A stretch of 64,000 nt of DNA from Octopus sinensis (Eukaryota): assembly GCF_006345805.1 (NCBI RefSeq), contig NC_043005.1, positions 106,826,001 through 106,890,000 on the forward strand. The letters are read 5' to 3'. The notes below the pieces were generated by a model, which saw only the letters and a list, made by a program, of their open reading frames with translations, had not been told where the DNA came from and ran no database searches. The position numbers and the translations under genes were made by a program. Positions 13,300 through 27,504 of the stretch are shown here, one piece after another (positions within the stretch are counted from its first letter, which is position 1; every line of letters starts with the position of its first letter).

Positions 13300-14090
13300 T
13301 CCGTTTGTTCTTCACTTGTTCATTATTGTTCTTATTTTATCTTATATCTATCGTCTGGAAATTTTTCGTCACACATCTGTAACCTCTTCAGCGACTAAAC
13401 AATATTAGAGTGAAGCTGACTTTTGAAATATTCCCTTTTCTGATTCGTATCTGTTAATCTGAACTCCACAGATGTTACAGTTACTTGCCAATGACATATT
13501 ACATTTCTTTTTAATTAGCACCTAACCATTCTCGATATTTTTAAAGAGTTCAAGTTACCACTTGATCGACAAGTGTGGGACTTGGTAGCAAACTTTTCTA
13601 TAATCGATCCACGCAATCATAAATTTGTCATTTGTTTCCCACGATTTTTCAATACCATTTTGCCAGTCACTGGTTAGTCTCTTAATCCTCTGCTCTTTCA
13701 CGGCAGAATTTCTCTTCGTCGGGCGTTAGATGTCTTTCCAGTTACTCACTCTAATGTCCCTGTTTCAAAATAATAGATAAACACATATTGGTCGGTAAAT
13801 TAAGGTACTGTTTCCTTTCAATTTGTCTTTCAAAATTAGCTGGCTCTTTCTTTCTTTACTAAACGTGCTACTTCCCTTTCTGATATACATCCTGTTAGTT
13901 GTATAATTATGGTTTCAAGGTCGATGATAATCACTCATAGTCAGAATCGGCGAGCTTTGGTCCGGCTGCTTTTCGCTTTCTTTCCTGCATCTTTTAGTTG
14001 CTTTCGTAATGTTAACAGCTTTCTCCACCTCAACATTTCCAGAATAATTTTCTATTTCTGCCCTATTACTGCTTGGCTGGTTTTCCCATC
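13300..14090 (-). pseudogene. Second R4/Dong-type RT remnant, heavily decayed
   Basis: LTPDEEKFCR...MIAWIDYRKVCYQVPH (13573-13620) and KGIFQ (about 13423-13437). Confidence 0.7.
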
Positions 14091-14101
14091 AAATTCTACT
14101 A

Positions 14102-15195
14102 TCTTCTTCTTCTTCTTCTTCTTCTTCTTCTTCTCCTCCTCCTCTTCTTCTTCTTCTTCTTCTTCTTCTTCTTCTTCTTCTCCTTCTTCTTCTTCTTCTT
14201 CTTCTTCTTCTTCTCCTCCTCCTCCTCCTTCGTTTTCTTCTTCTTCCTCTTCTTCTTCTCCTACTCTTTCTTTTTCTTCCTCTTCTTCTCCTCCTCCTCC
14301 TTCGTTTTCTTCTTCTTCTTCTTCTTCTCCTACTCTTTCTTTTTCTTCCTCTTCTTCTCCTCCTCCTCCTTCGTTTTCTTCTTCTTCCTCTTCTTCTTCT
14401 CCTACTCTTTCTTTTTCTTCCTCTTCTTCTCCTCCTCCTCCTTCGTTTTCTTCTTCTTCCTCTTCTTCTTCTCCTACTCTTTCTTTTTCTTCCTCTTCTC
14501 CTCCTCATCCTCCTCCTTCTTCTTCTTCTTCTTCTTCTTCTCCTCATCCTTCCTCCTCCTCATCCTTCTTCTTCTTTTTCTTCTTCTTCTCCTCCTCTTC
14601 CTCCTCATCCTTCTTCTTTTTCTTCTTCTTTTCCTCCTCTTCCTCCTCATCCTTCTTCTTCTTATTCTCCTTCTTCTTCTCCTTCTTCTCCTTCTTCTTC
14701 TTCTCTTCTTCTTCTTCTTCTCTCCTCCTCCTCCTCCTTCGTTTTCTTCTTCTTCTCTTCTTCTTCTCCTACTCTTTCTTTTTCTTCCTCTTCTTCTCCT
14801 CCTCCTCCTTCGTTTTCTTCTTCTTCCTCTTCTTCTTCTCCTACTCTTTCTTTTTCTTCCTCTTCTTCTCCTCCTCCTCCTTCGTTTTCTCTTCTTCCTC
14901 TTCTTCTTCTTCTCCTACTCTTTCTTTTTCTTCCTCTTCTCCTCCTCATCCTCCTCCTTCTTCTTCTTCTTCTTCTTCTTCTTCTCCTCATCCTTCCTCC
15001 TCCTCATCCTTCTTCTTCTTTTTCTTCTTCTTCTCCTCCTCTTCCTCCTCATCCTTCTTCTTTTTCTTCTTCTTCTTTTTCTTCTTCTCCTCCTCCTCCT
15101 TCGTTTTCTTCTTCTTCTCCTTCTTCTTCTCCTTCTCTTCTCTTCTTCTTCTTCTTATTATTATTATTATTATTATCATCATCATCATCATCATC

Positions 15196-15249
<54 letters not shown>

Positions 15250-15310
15250 TGTAGTAATAGTAGTAGTTGTTGTTTTCGTCGTCGTCGTTGTTGTTATTGT
15301 AGAAGTAGTA
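14102..15310. repeat. (CTT/CCT)n polypyrimidine tract with a 69-72 bp higher-order unit, followed by ATT/ATC/AGT/GTT repeats
   Basis: The marker TTCGTTTTC recurs near 14231, 14303, 14372, 14444, 14740, 14811, 14883 and 15102. Confidence 0.95.
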
Positions 15311-17019
15311 GTGTGAACGTACAAGTATCATGGCGTGTTTGAGTGTTGCACAGGGGTTTGCTATTAAATTCGGGTTACTTTTTTGAAGTGTTTTGTCTTT
15401 TTAAAATACTCTTTTGTCTGGTTTTCGTGAGGAATATTTGAAGAAAGGAGTGAGATTTTTAATCTTCAAGGTTCTCACGCCTTTTTTTGGCGTGGGGCGG
15501 GTGTTGCAGCAGGAATTGTTGTCATTTCAAGTTTATTTTCTTTGCCAGTTAGAAATTTCCGAAAAAGGTTTTAGTAAACTTTGTCTTCGCTGTAGATACT
15601 CTTGCTGTTGGTCTCATTGTTCTTGTTGCTCTTGAGGTGATGGTGGTGGTGGTGGTTGATGCAGCAGCAGTAGCAGCAGCAGCAGTAGTAGGGATGGTAA
15701 TGGTGGTGGTGGAGGAGAATAAATATGATGAAGATGATGAGGAAGAGATTCGTATAACGGTGGTAGCAATCTTCGTATTGGGGAGAGTGTATGGAAGGTC
15801 ACACTCATCAAAGGTGATTCAAACGTCGACGGTATCAATCGCACCTTCATAAGGTCGTTTGACAATTACATAATCAATGATAATTAAAAGAGAAATAGAT
15901 ATAATCTTGATAATGATATCCGCAGAAAAATAAACAACAGACCAACAACATTTTTGTCTGCACCAACGATAACTGGGACAGTAAGCAAAAATGGAGTAAA
16001 AATATGCAATAAAAATGCAGTAAAAATAAATGAAGCAAAAAAATGTAGTAAAAATGAAGTATAAAAGAAACATTATAAGGTCAGCAGCAGAGTTACGTAC
16101 GGGAGCAAACCACTGCTACTAAACTTTGCTCTGTTCCTAGACTTAGGATGACCTGAACGGAAAGTAACTCACCTTCTTATCAACAGCATTTGTGTCCACA
16201 CATCACTCAGTGTCGGAGATAATACGTCACATCCAGAGCGATGTGGACTAGAGGCCCACTATGGTATCCTCAACGTGACTTTTTGAAATGGTAGGGATGT
16301 AATGCAACCAGAGGCGAGAACAATTAAATGGAACAAATCAAAAGTTGCGCCCTAAAGGTTTGATCATTATTAGAGATAACGAAGGTCGAACTCCACACCA
16401 AAATATTACAATGCATCCGCAATTCTGAGTTTTGACATTGAAAGTAAACAACATCTGTAGAAAATTCTGTTGTGTCTGGGGAGAGTCATTTTCTTTTGTG
16501 CCTTATTATGTAACACACTCACCGGTAAAATTTCCACTTATTTCTTATTTATATTTTCCTAAAACTTTCGTTGCGTCTTGCAACCTTTTGAATTATAAGG
16601 CACAAAAAGAAAATGACTCCAGACACTACAGAATATGCTTCAACACACGAACTCATATAAAGAATCTTGCAAACCAAATCCAAAAACGATATATCTGTAG
16701 GAAACACTTATGAAAAAAAAAACTATTTGGTGATACTTATGTTTTGCCGTTTCATTGTCGACAACAATATCAACATTGAAATATTGATTTTCGAATGCAC
16801 GAGGCCAAGGTGAAGCTGGTAGTTTGATCACCCAATTGCCGAGTGCAAGTTACTTTGATGTTGATGTGGCAGTCATAAGCGAAACCAATGTTTGTGATGT
16901 ACAGTGGAACCACTTCTTGATTATGCAAGATCTACAACTCCTTGGGTGTACACGGAGTTGTATATCTTACTATCATTATGTTAACCATGACCAACCTGCT
17001 TTTTCTTTGCTTCAATGTA

Positions 17020-17480
17020 AAGTAGCATTCAACGATCGGTTTTTATGGGTACAAGTGGGTATATATGGGGTTTAAATCTGATGAATCATTCCACTAACAT
17101 ACAGCAAAAGGTTTTAGCTGTCATGAATTGTTTCAAAAGTTTCATATTATAGAGAATGTTCAAAAGGGTTATGCACCATGGAGGGGTCCTTCGACGTCCG
17201 TTCATCTGCTGTGTGTGATGTCAGCATTGACGAATTTCGTTATGATTCTCTTGAACACACTGGTCACTATTGATTAACGGTAAGTAAAATGCAAATTAGT
17301 TTGTGGTTCTTCTTCTGACATCATCCAGAAATGATTCGGTGTCTGTAAAGTTTGTGTAAATGGCTCCCCTTAAAACTCCCCAAAAGAATATTGTCTTGAA
17401 ATCTGTCAATGACATTTAGATCACTGTGTTAAAGAAGGTGACACCTTCTACGAAAAATTGTACGTTGGTGAGAATTTTAT
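17020..17480 (+). pseudogene. mariner-like transposase remnant (N-terminal half)
   Basis: RFLWVQ..., GRP..., KVCV(ARW)..., EICQ*HLDHCVKEGDTF...VGE resemble mariner KVCARWVP and ICQRHLDHY.KEGDTFL.RIVTGDE. Confidence 0.6.
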
Positions 17481-17961
17481 AAGGTCAGTTGTAATAAGTA
17501 CTGTCTTCCCTTAGAAAATATGCCAAAAAAAATATGTAAAAATGCAGAAAATGACTGAAAATTGTCATAGAGAGAAGGTTTTGCATGTAATACATATACC
17601 TACGAAAATAAGTGTATACACATAAACGCCCTCCCCACACATAACACATCAACGCCTTGTCCTCATGCTTCAATAGTCAGTCGTCAATTTGTGCCTTTTT
17701 TTAATGTATTTTTAGCCGCGGTATCTCTTCTTTTCCCACTCCTCCTCTCCATCTTTTTAGCACTCCTCCATCACCCCTCAGTGTCATTTTACGTTTTGCT
17801 ATTGACACTCACAGCGCATACATACATACATGCATACAAACGAATACCCACATATAGACACATAAACACACTCCAAGCATGGTGATTGCAAGGCTATAGT
17901 GATTATTGTATTAAATCCCTATCTCTAGCGTCGTTGGGAACAGGAGATGGATAAACACAAC

Positions 17962-18416
<455 letters not shown>

Positions 18417-18848
18417 GAGAAGAAAGAGGGAAAGGGCTGGGGAGATGGATAGAGGTGAGATTAAGAAATAGTGTGTGAAACACCTCTTAGGCATTGATTG
18501 TCACCAGAACTGCGTCATCTCTCACCCACCTCATTGCCATCAATTCTACTCACTTAGTGGAGTGATGGTTTGTTAGTGTAATTTTGTGTTCGTCTTCAAG
18601 CTTACTTTGTTGTTATTTTATTTTTTTGTTTTTGATGAGGATAATGTCGATGCTGATTATGATGTTGTCATTTCCATTTCCTCAAAAAAACAAAAAAAAA
18701 ACAAAAAACAACACAAAAATACCCCCAGATACTGTCTTATCATTCATTGAATCTTACAAAATGGTCCCCTAAATTCTATCACTACACATTTGCCCTAATT
18801 TCAAAGCCATTTCCTTAGTTATTTGTGTCCTGATTATACACACCCACA

Positions 18849-18894
<46 letters not shown>

Positions 18895-19599
18895 TATATA
18901 TACACATGCAGGCACACACACACTTATATAAAAGCACATAATACATGTATAAATGCTCCTATGTGTGTGCGAATGCGCGCACACACACATACACAAACAC
19001 ACGCACCCACACATATATATCACCATACACACTTTTCCCCTTCTTTTTGATGGACTGTATCTTTTATCGAAATGTCTTTTTCACTTTTTTTTCTTCCCTC
19101 TTCTTCTCACTGGTGTCCATGTCTAAAAACAATAGTTGTATCCTTCTTATTAATATGGCCCCGGGGGTAACATACAACTCTAAAGGATAACTGTACATTA
19201 GGTATCAACTAAATTCTATTTTGAATATTTTCCTCGTATTTCTTATTTTATATATCTATCATTTTATATTATTTTCGCCATTTGTGTTTCACTACTATTT
19301 CTTTTAAAATGCTTTTTGTACATTTTTTCTTCGGCCATTATTGTTGTTGCTATTATTATTACTGTTTCTATGTACGCGTTGTATTGTTTTCGCAGTTTTA
19401 CTTATTTAGTTATTTTCGTTTTAACGCCTTATTTTTTTATTTTATTCTTCTTCTGTAATTGTTGTTGTTGTTTAATTTCCATCCAATTTTGCAATCACTT
19501 TATTTTTGGTATACTTTAGTCGTGCATTTTATCTTTCTGATTCGTAGTGCAGACAGTTTTAGGATTAGCGAAGCATGCAGCAGCAGGACAATGAACGTC

Positions 19600-19609
<10 letters not shown>

Positions 19610-19631
<22 letters not shown>

Positions 19632-19672
19632 GTGGTGTGTATATATATGTATATATATATGTATATATATAT

Positions 19673-19703
<31 letters not shown>

Positions 19704-19986
19704 AATATATATATATAAATATATATGTATATATGTATGTATATATAAAAAACAAATTTAAAAAATAGCAAAAAGCTAAATTTATTGTCATCATCACCAT
19801 CATCACCATCATCATTATACCTATTCCTGCTCTTGTTCTTTTCGTTCTTGATGTTATTAATATTATTAGTATTTATCGTAATGGCTTTTCTTTCTCTATC
19901 TTCTTGCAATGTCCTCATCCATTGGTCTTGAGATAAATAGAACCATGGATGTTATTGCTGCTGCTGCTACTACTACTACCACAACA

Positions 19987-20045
<59 letters not shown>

Positions 20046-20246
20046 ACTGCTGCTGCTATTGCTGCTGCTGCTACCGCTAACATTTTCTTCAGTAGTAGTA
20101 TTAGTATTGATACAGCTCTTAGTAGTTGTAGCAATATCTGTTTTGTGTTTTTATTACTTTTGTTTTTTCATCATTATTGTTATTTTGCTTTATATTTTAT
20201 TACTGTTCAAATTTCTTACTTCTTATATATTACATATATATGTATG

Positions 20247-20281
<35 letters not shown>

Positions 20282-20292
20282 CATATGTATAT

Positions 20293-20345
<53 letters not shown>

Positions 20346-20557
20346 TCTATATATATATATATTATATATATAATATATATTATATATATATATACATACA
20401 GACACACACAGACATACCGACATACAATTTAGCCATATGCCTGTTCCATCTCAGCAGCCGAGAATATGGTTGTTTACTTCTGACTAAACACTCCATTATT
20501 CTTTTCCAATTACCTATTTTCTTCCATTTTAGCCTTCACCTTTTGTCTTCTGTTAGC

Positions 20558-20609
<52 letters not shown>

Positions 20610-20941
20610 CACGAAAGAAAGTGAGTGAGATATCTTTAATTTATCTATAAAACTCGTTCTTTGTCTTCCATGTAGCCATAACATTCCCGTCCTGATCTCA
20701 CTCAGTCTACTTTATCCATATCTTATCCTCTACTCTGCCGGCGCGCTTAGTCTCTGAATAAATTTATTGCGTTCTCCAACGCTTCCCACTCTTTATGTGC
20801 GTCTGTCTTGCTCTCTCATACATACACTTACATCCATATACATGCACACATATAAGATATATCTCTTATGCACGCACACTTATGAATGTATATATATACA
20901 TACAAACATATATAATGTATAATATATTTACATATATATAC

Positions 20942-21032
<91 letters not shown>

Positions 21033-21390
21033 GTATATATTTTCATATAAAACTTATTGGAAAAGGATGCATGGCGTTTTGATGTTCTGTACCCATAATG
21101 CATGTATATATGCATATTTATTATATATACTTATATTATATATTCATATATATATATATATTATATATATATACACACATATATATATACATATATATAC
21201 ACATATATATGTATATATATCTATACATATATATTTACGCATACACATATATATATATATTTCATATATTTTACACCGTGCATGTGTATATATGTATGGA
21301 TTTATATATGTATATATACGTGTACGTTTGTATATATATGTATGTGTGTGGAGGGGTGTTTGTGTGTGCTTATGTATGTGTGTGTGTGTG
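19610..21390. repeat. Cluster of (TA)n, (ACT)n and (GT)n microsatellites
   Basis: Seen directly; source of the many YI/IY ORFs. Confidence 0.9.
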
Positions 21391-21633
21391 TGCCAACTCT
21401 CTACCTCTGTATTTAATTCACATTTTCCTCTCCAAATTCTATCACTATTACATACTTATATGTCGACCATTTCGCTGCTATATTTGTTCCGTCTTGATCT
21501 CCCTCTTTTCTTTTTCTCTTTCCTTCCCATTCTGAACCCGGTCACTATCTTTTTTGCTCTATTACAATTTCTCTGTACAATATTTCAATCGTCGTCTCTA
21601 TTGCACTTCGCATTCTATATAAGAATTAAGGAT

Positions 21634-21679
<46 letters not shown>

Positions 21680-22190
21680 CCACACACACCCACACACACA
21701 TGCACGCATGCCATACATGAAATTTATTCATTTCTGTATTAATGATCCACTCTTCATTTTCATCAACGTTGTTAAAAGCTATTCTCGTTCATACAACTAC
21801 CTAAATACCACGTTTATAATCTTTAGCAACCTTTTCTACAGCAACAGTAACATGTTTAACACAAACGTCTTTCGTATTTATAATTTTTCTACACGTTTAT
21901 TTGACTATGTAACATCCAAATCAATGTAAGTCAGTGTCTCTTTGACTGACTAATACCCAATCTCTGATACATATCTATGGAATTTTTGCCCTTCTCTGAT
22001 CGCAATCTTTATCAATGAAGTAGAAAAAAAAGGCGAAGTCAAAAATTAAAAAGAATACAGAGATGGCGTCCATACTTTCTTTTCCATAATTTTAAGACCT
22101 TAAGAACCATCTTCATTTTATTAAGCAGTTTCTCTCCCCTTTGTTCTGATTGGGAATATGAAAGTAAATCATATTTTTCAATGTATTACT

Positions 22191-22365
22191 GTTGTGTCGA
22201 CGCCTCCAGACGATGAAGTAGGCTACCCCATTACGACGAGGATGAGATCCACTGTTATATCGCACGTTCGGAGGACCTCTACTCAACTTCTCGACGTCTA
22301 GATTTCTCCCTCTATATCTACGTATTGGGCTAGCCTACTTCATTGTCTGGGGATTTCGACACAAC
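22191..22365. mobile_element. MITE, 175 bp, with 45-bp TIRs and 7-bp TSD
   Basis: TIRs GTTGTGTCGA... match at 38 of 45 positions; TATTACT direct repeats at 22184-22190 and 22366-22372. Confidence 0.85.
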
Positions 22366-24639
22366 TATTACTAGTATTAACGAGAATAATCATTCCAGGT
22401 TTGATGTAATATGTTCTATTTTCTTTCATTTATGTCATTACTATAAACGCCTTATTGTTTTCAAAACATTTTTTTATCCCCTAATGAGACATAAAGTCAA
22501 ATTTCATACAAAAATGAAATCATTGATAATTGAATTAATCTTACTTCAATTGCGAAACAAGGTGATCAGTCAGAAATATTAAAAAAAAAATTTTCTGACG
22601 TCTTTATCAAGGAAATGTACGTTTGATAACGTAGTTATTATCGATAGAAAAGGTGGTATTTACAGGTAGAATGCCAATGATGAAATGTACACTTGGTCTA
22701 AGTTAATCTGTAGGTAAACCAAAAACAATTACAATACCCTCCTCATTATCACCAACAAGTCTTTTTCCCATCGACTCCTTTATGATGAGGATTCAAATCA
22801 CAATGTGCTTTGAAATTAAGCAGTAAACAGAATTTAACAACCCGTCGTACTTATATTCAATAATAATAATTATTGGGAACCAATATTCAGAAACGAGAAG
22901 AAACAGTAAAATGGGTGCTAATGGCAACGTAATGATTCACAGAATGTTATTTAATTTAAATTATGCCATTTAGTGGTAAGGACATATTTAATTTCTTTAT
23001 TTGTCTCCCTTGCTTCTATGCCAAAATTAGTCATAAAAGTGATGAATATGTCCCTCGTTACCTATATAACGGTAATTAATTAAAATATGCTACTAAATTA
23101 ACAGTGTTAACTCTCATTTTACTATATTTTGGAACATACGATGATGTTTTATTCACAACGAGAACTATATATATGCATTTAAAATCAGCGAGAAATAACA
23201 CGAAATTTGCTTAACTTTATTACCTATAAAAGATTTGTTTTACAAAATTTAAATATGCTTTTGATGCTGTCAATTTAAACAGCGTAGATGGAAGGAAGAA
23301 AGCATAAGAACAAAGGCAGATGTAAAGCGGCTGATGAGAGTAAGCATCATTAGCTATGATTTTACAGGTCAGCAACCTAAGCTGTTACTTCATCTTTTCC
23401 GAATGACTCTTGGACACTAATTCTAAATATGTCATTAGCGTTTCTCTAGCACGTATATTCTTTGGAATATAGCTTTTATTTTGCCCAATTTTAACAATTT
23501 GTTCCATTTTGGAATTGGCTATGTAAACAATCTTGGACAGGCAATCTTATGGGTATTCATTGCAGAAAACCCAGTTTTGTGAACACCAGAAGACAATAGT
23601 TAATATAATGTTTTCTTCGTTGTGTCTTTCGAATCATTTCTTGTTGCTTAATGAAACGTAGAGCCCAGTAAAAGAAACAAAATAAATTTGATGAGGCACC
23701 GTCTACTTGCGTTGGTCGCCTATTTACACACCAAAGCAAATCTCGTATATTTTTGTAAGAACCGTCCAGTCAATTGTTATGTGTTAACTGTCAAAGCACA
23801 CTAAACACAGCAAGAAAAGACTGGATGACTTTTTCATAGTCGTTGAAGCCTGATTAAATGGCAAATAACCATAAAAATAAAATAAAATAAATAACTAAAA
23901 AACTCTTTCAGATATAATTAACAAACAATGTTTCGTCAATTACCAAACAATGTTTCATCTCAAAAACTACAGGTGCGACTGAAAAACTGAAGAGTTTAAA
24001 ATTAGCACAAAAAATACTTTATGCTTCATGAACAATAACCTATGGAAGTTCTTTGTTTATAAGTGTCTCCGAGCACTTAATATTGTCTTTAAATCAAAGT
24101 ATGAGACCTTTCCCTCAAGTATATTCCTTTAATACTAATATATGTAAAGATAGTATAATATTGTACGAGGAAATGCGTATCATCTACTTCGGGTGAAATA
24201 AAAAGAGTTACTTTATCTGAAGTCACATTAGCAATATCTTCCCAATGATGTTGTAGGCTCTTCCTGTGATAGTGACTAAAGGTATTGCATTATTAGAACA
24301 CGTCATTATCTTCAGCAGGTATTTCAGGGCCACATCTGTGTCGCCCGTTAGTAAGTATTCTAAAGAAGCAGAAACTGAATTAGCTTTCTAATGTAGAAAA
24401 GCAGTATCTTGTCAATTATAACCACCTCTTCCGGAGTGGTGAGCTTACCCTTCAAACTTACATGCATCCCTTACTTGGAGGTCTGAGGCAATATTAAGAA
24501 AAATGTTAAATATATTCATGCTTTGTGGCATCAATGGATGGGTTGTATTGTTTATTGACTGAAGCCTTTGGCAATATTTAATCTTAAATCGTATTACTAT
24601 GCACCCACATACAGCTATATGTATATATATATATATTAT

Positions 24640-24696
<57 letters not shown>

Positions 24697-24757
24697 GTAT
24701 GTATAATACGTATGTATATATGTATGAATATATACACACACTACATGTACGTACTAC

Positions 24758-24818
<61 letters not shown>

Positions 24819-26047
24819 TACATATATATACTCTATATACACACATAAATATATACGGAGAGAGAGCGGGGAAAGTATTTCTGTGTGTGCAGATATGTAT
24901 GTGTGTGTGTGTCAGTTTATCGCAAAAGGCTCTGCTATCTGGTCGTAGCCCATCGTGATACAAGTAATATTATTTCGATAACGCACTGCAGATTCCATAT
25001 TACAGATTCCTGATTTCAGATTGAGATTACCGTCCAACTGTTATCATTCTGCCATTCAGCAATGCATGCTCTTACCATTGTCTCATTGCTCATTGATTAA
25101 CCAAACGTTTTCGTAAGAAGAATCTTTGTTTAATCAAAATAAAATCATATCATTTCACTATCATCATCTGCAACACATCTGCAAAGAAATCGGCGATAAA
25201 AATAAAATAAGGAAAGTAACCGATGATTATAACGTTTAAGATGAATGATATGTCAAATGCTGGAAACTAAAATCCTGGAAAAATAACAAAAACTGAAACC
25301 TACAAAAGTCATGAAAAAATTTCAAAAAGAATCATGAATCGCACAGACAATAGTATACGGTAGAAAAGCAACAACATCGCGTCAGGCGGCAGTATTAATA
25401 AAAGCAACAACTAGTGGCGGCATAAATTACGAGGAAACACCGACCACAGTAATAATAATATTACAACAAAAACGAATTGAATACAAAACTAAAAGGAAAA
25501 GAATTCTAAATCATACCAAAAGTTTCCAATAAAAGAAAGTTGTCTTATCGAACGAAATGAATCCTTTCATCCAAAATATGTGTGTACAAGAGAAATGGTC
25601 ATGGTAGATGGTTCTTAATTCAGAACCCAGCATTACGAATCTGAAGCATTTTATAATATAACAACCGAAACACATGCAGTTGTAGGGATAGATGTGAGCA
25701 CGTTTGCATGTGTAATTTGCTATGAAAATTGATCTTAAAAAAAAAATTGAGAAGGCGGTACTTGATTCATAAGAACAAAAGCAGGGTGGTAAAAGATTGG
25801 CTTAGAAAAATCTAATGGAAAACAAGAGGTTGACTAAATTATAACATTTTCTTTGAAAACAACTATTTGTCATTATTTGTCCCTCAGTTTTGTTCAAAGA
25901 AATAAGCAAAGCGAATATTTTGTATATGAATTGGGAACAGATCTGGAACAGTGCAAAACAGATTACATTAGGGAGTTTTATGATTGGTAGCATATAAATT
26001 TGTTTTCTTATTTCGAATTATGTCTGAGTGCGTGAGCATACTCATTT

Positions 26048-26094
<47 letters not shown>

Positions 26095-27183
26095 ACACAC
26101 ACACATACAAGTATATGTTCCTTAGATATTCCTTCTATAAATTGCATATAGTTCAACATATATCTATGTAAATGTGTTTACACATTTACACGAATTCGAA
26201 TATGTATGTATATGTTTTCACACATACATATAGACATATACATGTGTAGGCATGCGCATGCATGTATGTGTTTGTGTTTCTGTCTGTATAGGTGCGGAGG
26301 GTGTGCTCAGAGTGAATTCTGCAGTGTTCCATGTAAACAACCGGTGAGTGAAATTTTCAACAAGATTTCGATTCAATTTTGTCGATTCGTCGCTTTGCTT
26401 CGGCTTCTGTTTCACTACCGAGAAACTATTACACTTTTCGCTCAGTTATTGTCATAGCTCTAACTAATATAATTTATTTAAACATTTTCATCGAGCACAT
26501 TTGATTCCTGTTCAGGCGAAATAAGATGTGCCGATGTGAAGCAAATCTGTATTGAAATATATGTATGTATATATGTGTCTATATTGTCTTTGAACTCTCT
26601 CACACACCCACACATTAATATATATAAATTGAAGTTCAGGTTAATGCATATACATATGTATATGTAGGTGGTGAAATGAAAACGACGCGTAAGACAAGTT
26701 AAAGGTTATGATTCTTTGAGGCAATGTTAACGCTTCGGAATGTAAAGAAAAACGTATAAAATCTGTAGATTCATTTCACAACCATATACTAATATATTTA
26801 TATAGTTTTATACATGTATGTATAATATATATATGTTCGCGTGAATCTAACCATCCATTTATCTCTCAATCTCTAACGACAAATGCATATGTGTGTGTGC
26901 GAGTGCATGGGTGTGTGTGTGTGTGTGTTAGTTTGTTGGAAGGAACAAGAAGTATAGAGCCTAATACGTAAGAGTGTTACGTATTATATATATATATACA
27001 TATATATATATATGTATGTATGCATATATATATGTATGTATGCATATATATATATTATATATATATATATTATATATAGCATATATATATATTATATATA
27101 TATATATGCACGCATATATATATATATATGTATGTATGTATGCATATATATATATATATATGCATATATATATATATGCACGC

Positions 27184-27215
<32 letters not shown>

Positions 27216-27504
27216 GTATACTGTGGACCAGTATATTACTGGTTGTGTCATACATCTGATCAGTACGTTACCCTCGGTTTCGTACCGACCATCGTATTTG
27301 GCAATATTGTAAGAGGTGTTAGTAAATGATCTTTTCAGTCCCCCACAATTTATTGCTTTTATTAAACTTGAGATACTTCAATCAACTTCTTTATATGTCG
27401 AAGATATACTATTATAGTTTTAATTTATTTTCTTTGTTTTAATACTTATATCACTTTAGATTGTCTTTAAAGCTGTGTATTATTTTTCTTGACTTTGAAT
27501 GTGA

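Noticed and set aside
13909-15342. 477-aa, 375-aa and antisense poly-Arg/Glu ORFs
   Set aside because: These are translations of the CTT/CCT tract, which lacks stop codons by composition.
16927-16968. 15-bp stem hairpin (terminator- or miRNA-like)
   Set aside because: Too short for a pre-miRNA, no U-tract, and adjacent to a mariner fossil.
21025-21636. 203-aa and other YI/IY/CV/HT-rich ORFs throughout the window
   Set aside because: They are translated dinucleotide microsatellites.
23280-23900. Possible CR1/L2 LINE 3' remnant
   Set aside because: Only a weak PKWNKL-like match; insufficient evidence.
24293-24482. Two phase-compatible minus-strand mini-exons (LQVRDACKFEG / ILTNGRHRCGPEIPAEDNDVF*)
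   Set aside because: No recognisable protein, several competing donor sites, and plausible by chance.
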